Shown here: positions 1-13,415 of the stretch, one piece after another
Numbering within the stretch: position 1 is the stretch's first letter
Layout of the letters: each line of letters begins with the position of its first letter
Source: Lama guanicoe
Taxonomy: Eukaryota
Direction of reading: 5' to 3'
Assembly (NCBI GenBank): GCA_013239625.1
Contig: MU054323.1
Location: 10,137,186-10,201,185 of the forward strand
DNA length: 64,000 bases
Notes under the pieces: generated by a model
Told to the model about the DNA's origin: nothing
The model's input: the letters and a program-made list of their open reading frames with translations, nothing else
Databases searched by the model: none
Made by a program: the position numbers and the translations under genes

Positions 1-1111
1 CATCTCTCATGCCTCCCCTTGCTTACTAAAATGTTTGAGAAACCTTTGCCGTTGGGAATTCAAACCTAGGCCAAATGACTCTGCTTCTGGTCTTTTGCTA
101 CCCCGAGATTCCTTAATTTTTAATCATGGGGAGGAAAGTTGTGGGGAGCACTTGTGCTGAGGCTGCTAAACATAGATTTGGATTAGACCTCATCCTTGTG
201 GGTTAGATTGATAGGTTTGTAATGTCAGTTTTCTTTTGAATTAGATGTCAGGCTCTTCATTAATCTAGAGATTTTATAGACACTTCAGGTTTAAACTCTG
301 AGACAATGTTTTGATATGTATCAGAGGAGGATATTCTCATGGGATAATAACTTGCTGTATGTACCCAGCCAGCTAGAGTGGTTCACATTGTAGCAACATC
401 GCAGTGTAAATTGGTGCCTTTTAAATATTTCAGTGAACACTCTCCTTCTTAGAAACATCCCCCCATACTTTAATTGTATTTCATTTTCACATTGACTCTT
501 GTCATTTATGAATCTTGTATACAATCTAAAGCCAGTCATCTAAATGGCAGAAGATCACGTGCAGGACATGTAGCAATTGTGGAGGGAAAGCAGGGAATTG
601 AAAATGGTAGAAGTCTAGCTTTCTACATTTTTATGATGCAAAAGCATCCTGGTTGCATTTTACTTTGCTAACATAAGTGTGCATTTTTAAATGCACCTGT
701 GCTGTAACAATGACTCTTGGAATGGGATGAATATGTTTATTTTTATTTTATAGAAGATTTGGCACATGGTATCTTATTTATAGGATTTATTTCAAGTGTT
801 TCAAATATATCAGATACAATCCCACCAGCAAGACTTTTAGGAAAATATTTAATATGGTATATTTTATGGCTTATAACAACTCAATTTTAAAATGTATACT
901 ACTAATCGTTATAGAATCAACCTAACTCTTTATCCCTGTGTAAACCTGCAAACGCCTGGTTACTTTCACGCTTACCGTTTGTTCTCTTGTTAATGTGTAT
1001 ATTTAAGTATGCTGCTGTGGGCTTGCTTAGTTTGTTAGCCTTTGTTTCTTGCTGTTTCGGGTATTTGTGTGTTGTTATGTCACCTGGAGTTTAAGCAGCA
1101 CTGTTTTCCTT

Positions 1112-1285
1112 CAGTGATGTTCAAAGAACTTTCTGTGAAGAGGGAAGTGTTCTTTCTGCAGTGTTCATTATGGTAGCCATTAGCCACACCTGGCTTTTGA
1201 GCAGTGGTAAGGGGCTAGAGCAGTGGAGGAACTGAACTTTTAAGTAGCCACATGTGGGTGGTAGCTGCCTGGTTGGGTGCTGCAG
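1112..1285. mobile_element. MER3-like hAT-Charlie non-autonomous DNA transposon
   Basis: Motifs agaactttctgtga, atggtagccattagccacac and tagccacatgtgg match the remembered MER3 consensus. Confidence 0.65.
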
Positions 1286-1299
1286 CTGTAAGTTATTAT

Positions 1300-1490
1300 C
1301 TCAGGAAGCCTCCCCTGGCCCCCTGAATCCAGCACTTACAACTATACAGTAATTGCAGCTTTCCTGTAGGAGTCCTACTCTTGGCTAACCTACTGGAGGG
1401 CAAGGGCATATCTATTTTCTTTACATTTGCTATGCCAGCCTAGCACTTAGTAAGAAACGCTTGATAAATATTTGTTGAATGACTAAGTGA
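1300..1490 (+). mobile_element. L2 LINE 3' end
   Basis: gagggcaaggg...cctagcac...ataaatatttgttgaatga is the typical L2 tail. Confidence 0.6.
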
Positions 1491-1710
1491 ACTTCTTGAG
1501 GGCAGACATCTTTTATATCCTCTCTAGGTCCTAGAGCTAATATCAAATACTGTAAATACTTGCTTTGTGATTGAACAGATTTCATGATGGTAACACATAA
1601 ATGGGTTATTGGAGGTATGTTTAAAATGCTTAGTTTCGTTGGATTACATTTTTTGGTATCTCATGGAAATAAACACTCAGGATAGAATATTACGTGAAAT
1701 TAAATGAAAG

Positions 1711-2112
1711 TGTTAGGTAGTTTAGATAGACATGAGCACTGGGCAGGGGGAGAGGAAGGGGAAAGGAACAATCCAGAACTCAAGGAACCTGTACTGTCAG
1801 TTAACCAGAGCACAAGGAACCTGAGCTGTCAGTCAACCAGAGCTCAGGGAACCTGAGTTGTCAGTCAGTCAGTCAATCAATCAGTCAATTATGAAACCAG
1901 GATATAAAAATAGGAAAAACAAGGGAATGGTGCCATTTTTCCTCTTTTGAATTGGCCCGCTCCAAATTCTCGGGAGTGTACTATCTTTCACTATGTTTTT
2001 ACTTCACTAATAAAAATCTTGCTTATATCACCCTTTTTGTCTGTCGTCAAAAATTCTTTTTTTTCGGGTGACTAAGAACCGAGATAATTTTTATTTCCCT
2101 TTTCTGGTAACA
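1711..2112 (+). mobile_element. Solo ERV LTR, 402 bp, sense to CLIP4
   Basis: Termini TGTTA...TAACA; flanks gaaag/aaaag (degenerate 5-bp TSD); 3x32-bp U3 repeats; TATAAAA at 1903; AATAAA at 2009. Confidence 0.85.
1773..1868 (+). repeat. 3 x 32-bp tandem repeat in the LTR U3 region
   Basis: Units start at 1773, 1805 and 1837 (approximately ccagagctcaaggaacctgagctgtcagtcaa). Confidence 0.9.
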
Positions 2113-2889
2113 AAAAGGCCTCATGATTCCAACTGGTGTGGATACAACTTGGATATCCTATTGGTCGAGTAGCTCAAGGATGCTGCCCTTGAACCATATT
2201 CCAGATAAATCTGAGGGAGTCTCTTGGCTCAGTGAGGTTCCTTAGTGAGCCCCTAATAGCTCTGAACTACTCTGAAGAAATTAATGGGCATTTCCACTTA
2301 CCACCATCCTGTGTTAGGGCACTGACCGGGAATCTCTGAAAAATCACCAACTATTAGAGTCATGTTACAAGTTGCATTTACACAGAGCTGATTTGGGGTG
2401 ATGGGATTTCTATGTAAAGCAAAGTTTGGGGAATTTGATTCTTGTTATTGCATCTGTTATGTACACAGTTAATTAGGGCTTACTTTTAATTTTAGGCTTA
2501 CTTTATATAATCCATTATCAACAGTTAACCATAGTAGGATTTGACATGAAAGTGTATACTCAATCCAGCTCTAGGTTTGACCAAGATTCCCAGATCTTTA
2601 CATCCAGAAATTGCTTTTAGGAAAAGGTTCTAAAACTATAGAAAATTTGTAGACATGTATAGTTTTCTTAAATGGGGCAGAAGGTAAAATGTTGGAGTTT
2701 TCCTGAAAGAAAGGATATGGGACTAGGGAAAAATACAGTAAAGACACAAAATTTGAAGAATGTTCACTTCACTACTCAGGTAATATAATAGCTTCTCTGG
2801 GCTTGAAAAATCTAACATGTAAAATGAAGTTGATTACATGTTGTTGAATGAACCATTCTACCTTGAATCTAGGATTTGAAAATTTATTT

Positions 2890-2904
2890 TATATGTGTAT
2901 ATAT

Positions 2905-2937
<33 letters not shown>

Positions 2938-2963
2938 CACACACATATATACATATACATATA
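2890..2963. repeat. Compound (TA)n/(CA)n microsatellite
   Basis: Read directly from the sequence. Confidence 0.9.
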
Positions 2964-3612
2964 TGACACTAATCTAGCTCCTGTAGTAAGTGATAGTAGT
3001 GTAAGATACAGTCATTATCTTTAAGGATATCAGTGGTCTACAAGGAAATGAAACGTTATCTCTGAGAATCACCTAAAAAAAATTTTTTTGAATGAGAAAC
3101 TCCACTCTTTGAAAGGAAGTTTTTGAAAGGTGGCTTCCTCTTAATCAACTCACAAAGATAACCACTTAATCATTTTGCTGAAGAATTAAGAATATAAAAG
3201 AACATGATTGAGTCCCCAAGTGTAAGATTTTAGTCAGATTAATCCTCCTAAAACACAGCTTGAATCAGGACAGACTTCTTTTAAAAAATCAGTGGTTTCC
3301 CAGTGCTCATGGAATTAAGTGGTTTGGTGTTTGATCAGGTATATAACATTACTGAGAGTAGTCTAAAAAAAAAAAACCAACAACAAAAGACATGACAGCT
3401 TTTATCTTACTAGATATGCCCAAGCTCCAGCCTGCTATCCCTTTAATGTATCTGTTCCTTGACTTTAAAGGAAGCTTCATACCCTGCATAGAATATTTTG
3501 CCCAGATTTACTACCAAGTCAAAGTAGAGGCCAACAATTAGAAATCCCGACTGACTTTGAATTCTGAGAAGCTATAATATTGAAAGAGGGCTGTCTTTGT
3601 GGTATGCACTAC

Positions 3613-3714
3613 TTTTTGGTTTATTTATTTAGTTTTGGAGGAGGTACTGGGGATTGAACCCAGAACCTTGTGCATGCTAAGCATACGTGCTAACACTTGA
3701 GCTATACTTCCCCC
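3613..3714 (-). mobile_element. tRNA-Ala-derived SINE (camelid Vic-1-like)
   Basis: The reverse complement reads ggggaagtatagctcaagtg...cttagcatgcacaaggttctgggttcaatccccagtacctcc plus an A-rich tail; A and B boxes are present. Same family as the element at 38038. Confidence 0.8.
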
Positions 3715-5110
3715 TATTTTTAGAATTGGTAGTATTTGAGGAAGTTCACCATGTTGTATGACAACAATATTTCCTATTTATGTGGCACGGTTAACATCAA
3801 AATGATTGAAAGTATTGGGTGGCAAGTAATTTTAGCCTCGAAGAAATCTTGAATACCTTTGGCATAATAACACTGGATTAGGTTATTTAATATGTAATAT
3901 CCATGTCCATATACACATGTACCTTATGAGAAAAAAGAAATCACCTTACTCTTCACCAGTTCCTGCTAGTATTCAGAAAACATGAATCTAGGTGGAAACA
4001 AACCAGTTAGCTCAGAGAGGTAACTTTCCTTGGAGCAGGGTGGTGATGGTAGGTAAACATGGTAGGTAAAGATGAGTAAGTTAGATCCAGAGTCGGTTAA
4101 CCAAGTATAATAGTGCACATGTGTACTAACGTCTAGCACGGCATTATCCACTAGAGTAAGCTGTCAGTTAACTATCTTTACTTACTGTCTTTCTACTGAA
4201 ATAATCTAAAACCATTTTTATTTAGTTTATAATACAGTTTTCTGCTTATATTTCAAACAGATATAGTGATTCATAATATTTCAAACTTCAAACATTTGGC
4301 ACAGAAGAAACCAGAAGGTTTTTAGCTTCATAGTTCAGTTTTACTAAAACATTTTCTCTGCTATGTCATTTCTGATATGTGGGCTAGGGCGCAGGACAAG
4401 TCTAATTTAGAGCAAACTTAGTCTGAGTGCCCATTTCTCTGGGAAAAAGAGGTAATATAAGTGATGTGGTTTAAAAGGCATCACCTTCCGTCCTTTGCTA
4501 GAATTGACTAGACAGATCCTCTGCATTGTTAAGAAGTGGAACAATGCCAGTGAGCTCCTAGATTTAGGTTGGTGTGACTTATGTGCTCACTTTTCAGCAA
4601 AGTTTTCTGGGAAAATAATGAACATTCTAAACTAGATTATTTCTGCGTGATGAGCACATGGCATGAGCTGTTAGATGACGGATGATAGAACCTGTGTCAG
4701 ATCCTGTGAGGAGTTAGAGATCCATCTGCTTGTTTGTTGCTGTGAGTCAAGAGAGTATCACCCATTTAGATTAGTTCAGCATTTAAAAAATGTTTATTAT
4801 TATTATTATTGGGAAGTATATAATAGTTGTTTTTATTACTCCTGAACTTTGTCTAAAAAGTTACATGTGCTGCTGACTCTAAGACACAGTGTGAAGCAAT
4901 GTGTATTCTTTAACGACAGTTTGCTAAAAAGAAGTTTTTCCCCCTTCCTCTCTAAAAGAGATTCTTGAAGTTGAAGTTAAAAATGTCAGTAGGTTAGATA
5001 TTATAAGAATATAGGCTTTTTGTGATTGAAGGCAGTCATCATTCTAAGTTGCATACAAATATAATAGATATGCTTTTCCCCCCCTCTCATTAAAGGTGGC
5101 TTTCTAGAAG

Positions 5111-5243
5111 ATGACCATAGAGGACCTTCCAGATTTTCCATTAGAAGGAAGTTCTTTGATTGGAAGATACCCATTTTTATTTCAAGGTTCTGATACACCA
5201 GTTATCTTTTCCATTTCTGCAGCACCAATGCCTTCAGACTGTG
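5111..5243 (+). CDS. CLIP4: CLIP4 exon 2, coding part (MTIEDLPDFPLEGSSLIGRYPFLFQGSDTPVIFSISAAPMPSDC)
   Basis: Acceptor taaag| at 5095. An in-frame TAG at 5105 lies just upstream of ATG 5111. Donor G|gtatgt at 5244; phase 1. Confidence 0.95.
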
Positions 5244-6629
5244 GTATGTTAAGTAGCTGTGTTTATTTTCTATGAACTGTTAACTTCTGTCTTATACCCT
5301 TTTTGTACTCCTGATTTTCTCCTAAAACCATTTGTTGTGGTTTTCATAAAATTGCTAAAGTTTTCCTTTTTCAAAAATACAGTTGCTTTTTCTCTCTTTT
5401 CAGCTAATCGCTTTATTTCTGCTGCCAGCATTTTTATTATGTAAAAGCATCCATTTTAAGCACCATGGTGGATTCAGAGGATCTTATTTTTAGAGTTCAG
5501 TGGTGCTTAGACATCTATCATTCTTTTGATGTACTGATGTATTTATTTTGGTTAAATGTACTAACTTGCTTAAAAAGCCCTGTACTAGAAAAAAAAAAAA
5601 AGAGACCTAAAAACACTGTGTGCTAGCCATCTCTAAGGGCCCTGTTGTTTCTGAAATACTAGAATTCTAATTAACAAACCAAATAATCACTGCTGAAATG
5701 ATCCAAACTTGGGTGGCAGTGTAATGACAAGTGATGTTTTAATACACAAGCAAGCCTAATTTGGATCCTGTCTCAGTTGTCTCCCATTGTAATTATCAAT
5801 GTACACACAAGTAAAGTAGAGTAAAACAAAACAAAAAAAACCCCTATACTTAGACAGGGTAAGGCCTTTCCCTGGAAAGTGGAGTGAGATTTATTCATAT
5901 TTAAATTGGGTCATTTAAATAATCTTTTAAAATGTAAATTTAGGTGTATTCTCGGTTTTAATGTATTTAGACCTATTTCCCCAAGACCATATTTTATCAA
6001 ATAATTGATAAAGAAATAAAACTGGGAGATAAATTTGATAGATTTATTACATTTCTAATTTAGTTAGAGTTTTTCAAGTAAAATATTGGGTCACCACTTC
6101 AAATTGTCTTTGGAGGTAGAGACAATGCGATTTCAAAATTTCAGTGAATATAAAATGATTGGATTATGAATTTGTCTTTTTAGTCATATCCATTATAATA
6201 ACTTCTCATCTCCAAGTATGCTATTTTTATGTGTTCAGATAGCCGCTTGCCTTGCCGTCATCAAAGGTGTTATATAAAAGCTGTGCCTAGATCCTGAGAA
6301 TTATTTGCAGCTTTTACAAAAATTGACTGGATTTATTTTCAGGTATAACAAAATCAGTTATGCAGGAAAAACCTTGAAAAGCACTCTGTACCTTGCTTGT
6401 GGCACTCACCTCATTCTGTCTTGAGTCATAATTGTCTTGTTTCCTTTCCTGGACTATAGCTCTTTGGATGGGAGTAGCACTCATGTTTTGTTTTTGTTTA
6501 TCTCATTGGGCTAATGTAGTCATTTGTTGATATTAGTTGCTCAGTGTTTGTTGAATAAATACACTGAATGAAAGGTGATAATGGATATTCATCCCTTTGT
6601 GTAACTGAAATTAAACATTACCTGTATTC

Positions 6630-7075
6630 TTAGAATTATAGATTCTTAGAATCTGGATGGACCTATAGTTCAACTTTCCCTACTCATCTCTCAGCATAGA
6701 AGTTCTGTTTTCAGGATCTCTGATGGATAACCATTCAGCCTCTTAGATATCTTCAATAGTGGGAAACTGATGAAATAATCCATTTTATTATCAAAGTTTT
6801 AGTTGTGATAAAATTGTTTTTGTCTCTGGACCCAAAGTATGTCCCCTTGAAATTTTGGCCAACTGGTTTGATGGGTGGAACAAACGCTTCTTTACATGAT
6901 AACCTTCAAATATTTGAAGATAACCTGAGCATTTAGTCTGTACTTCTTTAGGCTACAAATTTCTGGTTCTGTCACCAGTCCCTCATTGTCGGGATTTCTA
7001 GACCCTTTTCATTCTAGTTGTTTCCTTCTTAGTGTGCTGTAGTCAGTGTCCTGTTAAAAAGTGGCACCCAGAATG
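6630..7075 (-). mobile_element. Old CR1/L3 LINE fragment
   Basis: tagaattatagattcttagaatctggatggacc...gtggcacccagaa resembles the antisense CR1 3' end. Confidence 0.5.
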
Positions 7076-7084
7076 GGAGGGCCC

Positions 7085-7570
7085 ATTATGTGCTGGGTAC
7101 TGTCCTAGGTGCAGAGGATAGCACAGCACCCAAGACCGACATTCTAGTAGGGAAAACAGGTACTATACAAACAAATGGATACAAAAAACATAAATATTAT
7201 AGATTATAACGAATTCCGTGGAGACAAGAAACAGAGTGCTGTGACAGAGGATACTGGAGCAGAGTGGCTGTTTTAGATGGGCTGGTCATCTGAAGAATCA
7301 GAAGCAGCTAGTCGAGAGAAGAGCCTGGAGAGAAGTGCTCCAGGCAGAAGAATAGGAAAGAAAAGGCACAGAGTTGGGGAAGAACTTTGGTATAGACTTG
7401 CAGGAAGGCCATGTGGCTGAGGAGCAAAGTGGTTGAAGGGCAGGTTGGCAGGAGATGAACTTGGAGAGGAAGGCAGGGGCCAGACCAGGCAGGATCATTT
7501 AGGCCTCGGTAAGAGTTTGTATTTTTTCCTAGGTATAATGGGAGCCATTGAATGTGAGGCTGAGAATGAG
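7085..7570 (-). mobile_element. L2 LINE fragment
   Basis: atgtgctgggtactgtcctaggtgcagaggata...gggagccattgaa is typical antisense L2. Confidence 0.6.
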
Positions 7571-7739
7571 ATTAAAACCAAGAAACAAAAAGAAACCAAC
7601 CCACACAAACCAGAACTTAGGCATGCAGCTCAGTGTTGACTCTCCAGGTGGTTGCCCTGCAAGGCTATACACAGATTTTTAGAATCTTTTGCTTTGAATG
7701 CCTCTAGAATCAGTTCACACAGACCACACATTATATATT

Positions 7740-9460
7740 GAAACCCCCCAAATGTTACTATTTTTGCATAAACAATGAAGCTATCTCTTAAAGAGATACA
7801 AGAAATAATAAAAAAAACTTATCTGCCCACATGATTACCATTCCTAGTGTTAGTCATTCCTTTGTGCAGACGGCATTTTCACTTGATAGCACTTTCTTTC
7901 TGCCTTGTGGGCTTCCTTTAACATTTCTTGTAGTGCAGATCTGGTGGTGAGGGCTCTTTTCAGCTTTCATATGTCTGAAAACATCTTTATGTCATCTTCT
8001 CTTTTGAAAAATAAATTTGTTAGGTATAGAATTCTAGGTTGATAGTGTTTTTCTTTCAGTACTTTAAAGTGTTGCTTCTCTGTGTTTCCATGTACGTTGT
8101 TTCTCTCAGGAAACTGGCTATCATTTTTGTTTCTCTGTATGTATTGTCTTCTAAATTTTTTTTCCTGATTGCTTTGAAGAGTTTCTATTTATCATTGATT
8201 TTGAGTAATTTTACTGTCATGTGCACTGGTGAAGTTTTCTTTTATATTCTCATGCTTGGGGTCTGTTAAGCTTCTTGGATATGTGGGTTCCAGTTTTCAT
8301 TAAGTTTGGGTAATTATTATTTCTTCAGATAAACTTTCTGCCCCTCTTCCTTTTCAGACACTCCAGTTACAGATATATTAGACCAGCTGGAAGCTTTATC
8401 ACAGCTCACTGATGGCTTTTTTCATATTTTAAAAATTCCTTTTCTTTCTGTGTTTCATTTTGGGTAGTTTCTATTGCTGTGTCTTCAGCAATGTCTGATC
8501 AGCTGATGAGCTCAGCCAGTGTAGTTTTCATCTCACATGTAGTTTTCATCCCTAATTTTGATTTGGGTCTTTTTTATATTATCCATGTCTCTACTTAACC
8601 TTGTGAACCTTTGGAATACAGTTATAATGGCTGCTTTAATGTCCTTTTCTGTTAATTATAGTATTTGTGTCAACTCTAGGCCTGGTTTAATTGATCATTC
8701 CCCTGATTATAGGTCCCTTTTTCCCTTTGCATGGCTGGGAATCTTTGATTGGATGCCAGACATTGTGAATTTTACCTGTCGGGTGCTGGATATTTTTCTG
8801 TTCCTATAAATATTCTTGAGCTTTGTTCTGGAATGCAGTTAATTTACTTGGAAATAGTTTGACCCTTTCAGGTCTTTCTGTTATGATTTTCTTAAGTGGT
8901 TCTGGAGCAGCGCTAATCTGGGGCTAATTATTCCTCACTACTGAGTACTTTACCCAAAGCCTGGTGAATCTTTTCCCCAGTCTTTTTGGTGGGAACAGGC
9001 ACTGTTCTAGGCCCTATACGCTCACTCAGCACTAATCCCTCTAATTCTTTTGGATGGTTCTTTTTCTCACCTCAGGTTTTTCCTCACAAGTATGTGTTAA
9101 CTACTTAAGGGAGACTGTCCACAGACGTTGGGGGTTCTCTTGCTTTGCACCTCTGTCCTCTCTGGTATGTTGCCCTGTGAACTCTAACTGCCTTACTTCC
9201 TTGGGCTCTCAGCTTTGTCTCCTCAGCTCAGTGAGCCTGCTGGGCTTTTTTTTGGTTTCCCTCTCTTTGCACTCAGATCTGGAAAGACCCCAGGAAGAAA
9301 CGTGGGGGCAATTGTAAGACTCACGTGCTTGTATCCTGTCTCTTGGAGATTGCTGTCATTGCCTGATGTCCAGTGCCTTGGAAACTTCATTTCATCTTTC
9401 ATTTTTTTTTTTTGGCCGTTTCAGATAGAAAAATAATATATTACTCCATCATGACTTGAA
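7740..9460 (-). mobile_element. Old L1 (L1M-type), ORF1/5' region, antisense
   Basis: T-rich, with antisense L1 motifs (ggtatagaattctaggttga, ctgaagcttcttggat-like). Boundaries approximate. Confidence 0.55.
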
Positions 9461-9564
9461 GTGACACATCCTCTTCAGTCCCCTACCCCCTTTCTTTTGA
9501 TTAAAACTTTTTCTTTTTTTTCCCCTGTATAGAAGCTGAATTTTGGGTGTCATTAGATTTGTTA

Positions 9565-9820
9565 ATGTAGTGTATGTAGCATAGAGGTTAATATTATAAA
9601 TCAATCTGGCTTTAATCCTGACTCAACCACTTACTTACCTGTTGTGTGATCTTGGGAAAATTACCTATTGTCTCTCCCATTATTTTTTCTTTGATAAAAT
9701 GAGGACAATAATATTACCTACCTCATATGGTTGTTATGAGTATTAAATTAGATAATGTACGTAAAGTGCATGGAACAGTCCCTGACACATATTAAGCACT
9801 TAATAATGTGTTATCATTAG
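9565..9820 (+). mobile_element. MIR SINE
   Basis: tgtgtgatcttgggaaaattac...aaaatgaggacaataatattacctacctcata...gttatgagtattaaattagataatgta is the MIR core. Confidence 0.75.
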
Positions 9821-9984
9821 CATTTAAATGGGCTGTTTGCTACTTGCCGTTACCTCAGTGTATAATTACTGAAGCATTGTTACATGTTTTAGTATTTGGT
9901 GGGCTAGTATCCTGCCCCCCACCCCGATCATTATTCTTATTAGTTAAAATACTCTTACTTATTTCTCTTACATTTACTTTCTAG

Positions 9985-10150
9985 ATCTTTGCTACTCAAA
10001 GTATAGTCCTTAGTCTAGTAGCATTGGCGTCGCTGGGAGCTTGTTAGAATGCAGTCCTGGCCTCACTTGAGACTTGATGGAGTAGCATCTACATCATAAC
10101 AAAATCCCTAGGCGATTCCTATCTATGTTAATGTTTGAGAAGCTCTAACA
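9985..10150. mobile_element. MER5A-like hAT element
   Basis: gctactcaaagt...gggagcttgttagaatgcag...taacaaaatccctaggcgattc...tttgagaagc. Confidence 0.6.
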
Positions 10151-11454
10151 GAGATGAACGGTAGAATAATTTTGTCTGTATCTTCTTACAAATAAATCTT
10201 GGTGAGTTGAATTGAAATTATTTTAAATAATTGTTCTTGGGAAAATTGACAGCCGTTAGTATTTTATCTTCCAATCCAGGAACATGATGTGTCTCTCTCT
10301 GTTTAAGTCCCCTCCCCCTTCAATTTTCTTTAAATAAGCCTCACAGATTTATTGACATGTTTGTTACTTTATTGTTACTATGTTCTTTTCCCATTACATT
10401 TCATTTAAAAAAATCCTTTAAAAATGCAGAAAATACAGTGATAGCAAACATGTGTTGCACATATCCACCATCAGAAAGAATAAATACTCACATTTTGTCT
10501 TATTTCCTTTAGGTCTTATTTTTCAGTTACAAGAATTAAAACCTTAAAGTTGAAATTCTGTCCATTTTTCTTTGTGGTTCCATTCCCCATGCTCCCCAGA
10601 GGCAACCACTATCTTATATTTAGTGTGAATATTTCAGACCATTTAATTATACATTTACTATATTACATGAGCACCCTTAAACAATATATAGTGTTGTTTT
10701 GTATATTTGTAATTTTTTGTAAATGACAGATGTTGTGTGTTATTTTTTAACTTATTTTATTGATCAGTATGTTTTTTGAGAACAGTCCTTGTTAATTCAT
10801 GACATAGATATCTGATCCATTTATTTAGTTGTATGAAAGCATCAAGTCTATCCTGTGGCTAAACCACATTCTGTCCATTCCTCCATGGAGAAATGTTTCA
10901 GTTTCTCAGTTATTTTGCTATTATAATCAACGCTAGAGTAAGCATTCTTGTACATGTCTCCTATAGTCACATGACACAGAAGAGTCTTTTTAGGTATATA
11001 TATTTAGAAATTTCTCTATTAGTAATACCCAATGCCCAGAAAAGTGACTGATCCATAAATATTTATTGAATGGGTGAATCAGTTAGACCAAAAAAAAAAA
11101 AATCCAGTCAACTGCTATATATGCGAAACACACCCAAATCTGTGTTCGAGTACTTGGTATGTGTTACATACTGATTGTTTTTTGATCCTTTTTACTTATA
11201 TGTAGAAGACCATTTCGTTGTCTTAGGTTTTGGAGAGTGTCTCATTCTTGTTTCAGTCTTCTTGATTGCCTTCAAATGGATGGCTCTGCTCTTACACACA
11301 TCCTTGGTTTTGTGCTTCTCCTTTCATCTTTAATTCATCTTTCATGTTTATTCTAAAAGTAAGAGTTTATGTATCTAGGATAATTTTGGAAAATAAAGTA
11401 CAAAAAAAAAAGTAAAAACCACACGAATCCTGCTATTGGTGAATTCTCTTAGGA

Positions 11455-11680
11455 GGCAGTGTAATAGAGGAAAGAAGATAGACTTTGGAGGCAGACCTGG
11501 TTTCTACCCCAGATTTGCCACTTACTAGCTGTGTGACTTTGAGTAAGTATTGTTTAGTCTGAACTTTGATTTCCTTACCTGCAAAATAAGAATAATACCT
11601 TCCAGGTGGGGTGTCTGTGAAGAGTTGTAGAGTGTTTGTTGGGTCAGTTGTAAGCACTCTGTGAATATTGCCTGTAATGC
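11455..11680 (+). mobile_element. MIR SINE
   Basis: gccacttactagctgtgtgactttgagtaagt core. Confidence 0.7.
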
Positions 11681-12494
11681 TCTCTTCTTTAGACGCTTCC
11701 GTTTTTAAGATTCCCTGCCTTCTTTTAGATTGTTCAGGGTAGTAGAATCTGATTTTCTTCTGTTCTCCTTTATTCTCCAGCCGTAGGATGCTCTGTTTTC
11801 TCTGAAACTTAAGGAAGTGTTAAAGATTTTGAAATCAGGTTCAATTTTGTCTAGTATTCCATGTTTTCACTAACATGTGTTCCAAAATAACCCAGTCACT
11901 TTGTCCCAAGGCTTCGTTTCTTGTCGTCAGATGCTGCTTCATTACTGTGTGTGTACATAGCGATTCCCCTCATGCTCCCTAGTGGGTCCGGGTCACACCT
12001 GTTTATTATAGAAAATTAAGAAAATACAGAAAACTAAAAAGAATATTTAAAATTACACATTGTTCAAGTACACTGTTGATATTTTGGCATATTTCTTTCT
12101 ATTATGTATGTTTTAACCATGGATGTGAATGTACTGTTCATGATATATTAATATTTTGAAAGGTGAAAATATGTGTAAAATTTGACAAATTTTCTGTGCT
12201 TTAGAACAAGTTCTCAGTTGAGGGTTTAAGATCAGTGTGCTCAGATTTTTGTTTCATTTGTGATAAGATATGGTATGATGCATGGAAATCTCATTCTTAA
12301 GAAAGTTCAGGAATGCCTCATACTTTTTGGTGATTCTGACTTTGGTTTTGAGAATTGCTTAAGGTAAACTTCCTTTTCCCAGCATCTAAAAATATCTATG
12401 TTATTTGAGCCCTGGTCTTACTGTATATTATTTTCAACATATTTATTTGGAAATTTTAATAAATTTAACTTAATATCTTTTTTATTTCAAACAG

Positions 12495-12634
12495 AGTTTT
12501 CTTTCTTTGATCCTAATGATACATCATGCCAGGAAATTCTCTTTGATCCCAAAACTTCTGTATCAGAATTATTTGCCATTTTAAGACAGTGGGTTCCTCA
12601 GGTCCAGCAAAACATTGACGTTATTGGAAATGAG
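12495..12634 (+). CDS. CLIP4: CLIP4 exon 3 (EFSFFDPND...NIDVIGNE)
   Basis: acag| acceptor and GAG|gtaagg donor; lies inside ORF 12398..12688. Confidence 0.96.
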
Positions 12635-13415
12635 GTAAGGAATTCTTACTTTTTAACTTTTGTGTTGTTTGTATTGTTAATTGTATAGACCCCCCCCCCC
12701 CGGTTCTGTATGGAAAGGTGGTGATGAAGGGGAAACCTTTCAAAGATTCTGACTCTTTTCTTTGTATTTCCGGGTTTGTCCTGGAGCAGTGAGTTGGTCC
12801 TGTACAGTTTCCATCTTTTCCCTCATGCCCCTCACTTCCTTGCACCTGGAACTCTGACATGATAGACTCTTGGTGGAGCAGGCATTTTTCGTATTTTCTT
12901 TCTTTGTACAAATTAATTTGTAAACTTTAAAAAATACTTTCATGAGGGGATTTTCTTACTGTCACGCTTATCTATACTTTGGGGTAGTTTGGTAGAGACC
13001 TAGGCTTAAATATAATTTTTTTAAATTTTTGATTTTTTTAAAAGAGAAATAAAAGAATAATGCTGGATTCTTTGACCAGCACACTGTCATGTTGTAAGGA
13101 GAGCTTATACTTTTTTCAAATACCATTATATCCATAGAAGGGAAATTTGCTTGTCCTTTGAGAGGTGAAGGAACATATTTGGAGTGCCAGATTACTTTGG
13201 AATACTCTTTAAGAATTTTCTTCAGTTGGGTGACAAGTTCAGTTTTCATTATTGTTGTTTGGTACAGATGTAAAATTTATCCTTAAGAGAAACCAGTTCT
13301 GTCTACTCATTTTATTGAACACTAATTCATATAAGGTAGACTAACTTGGTTTCCCCAGCATTGATTTGAAATCAGTTGACTTCTTGTCGATATAATTTCT
13401 TCCTTGTTTCCTCAG

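Noticed and set aside
1773..1868. CRISPR-like 32-bp repeats
   Set aside because: The units are directly tandem with no spacers, lie inside an LTR in mammalian DNA, and there are no cas genes.
1..5095. CLIP4 canonical promoter or exon 1
   Set aside because: No CpG island or clear first exon; the region looks like intron 1.
5101..5110. Alternative NAGNAG acceptors (tag/aag) just before the ATG
   Set aside because: They would alter only a few 5' UTR bases, and usage cannot be judged from sequence alone.
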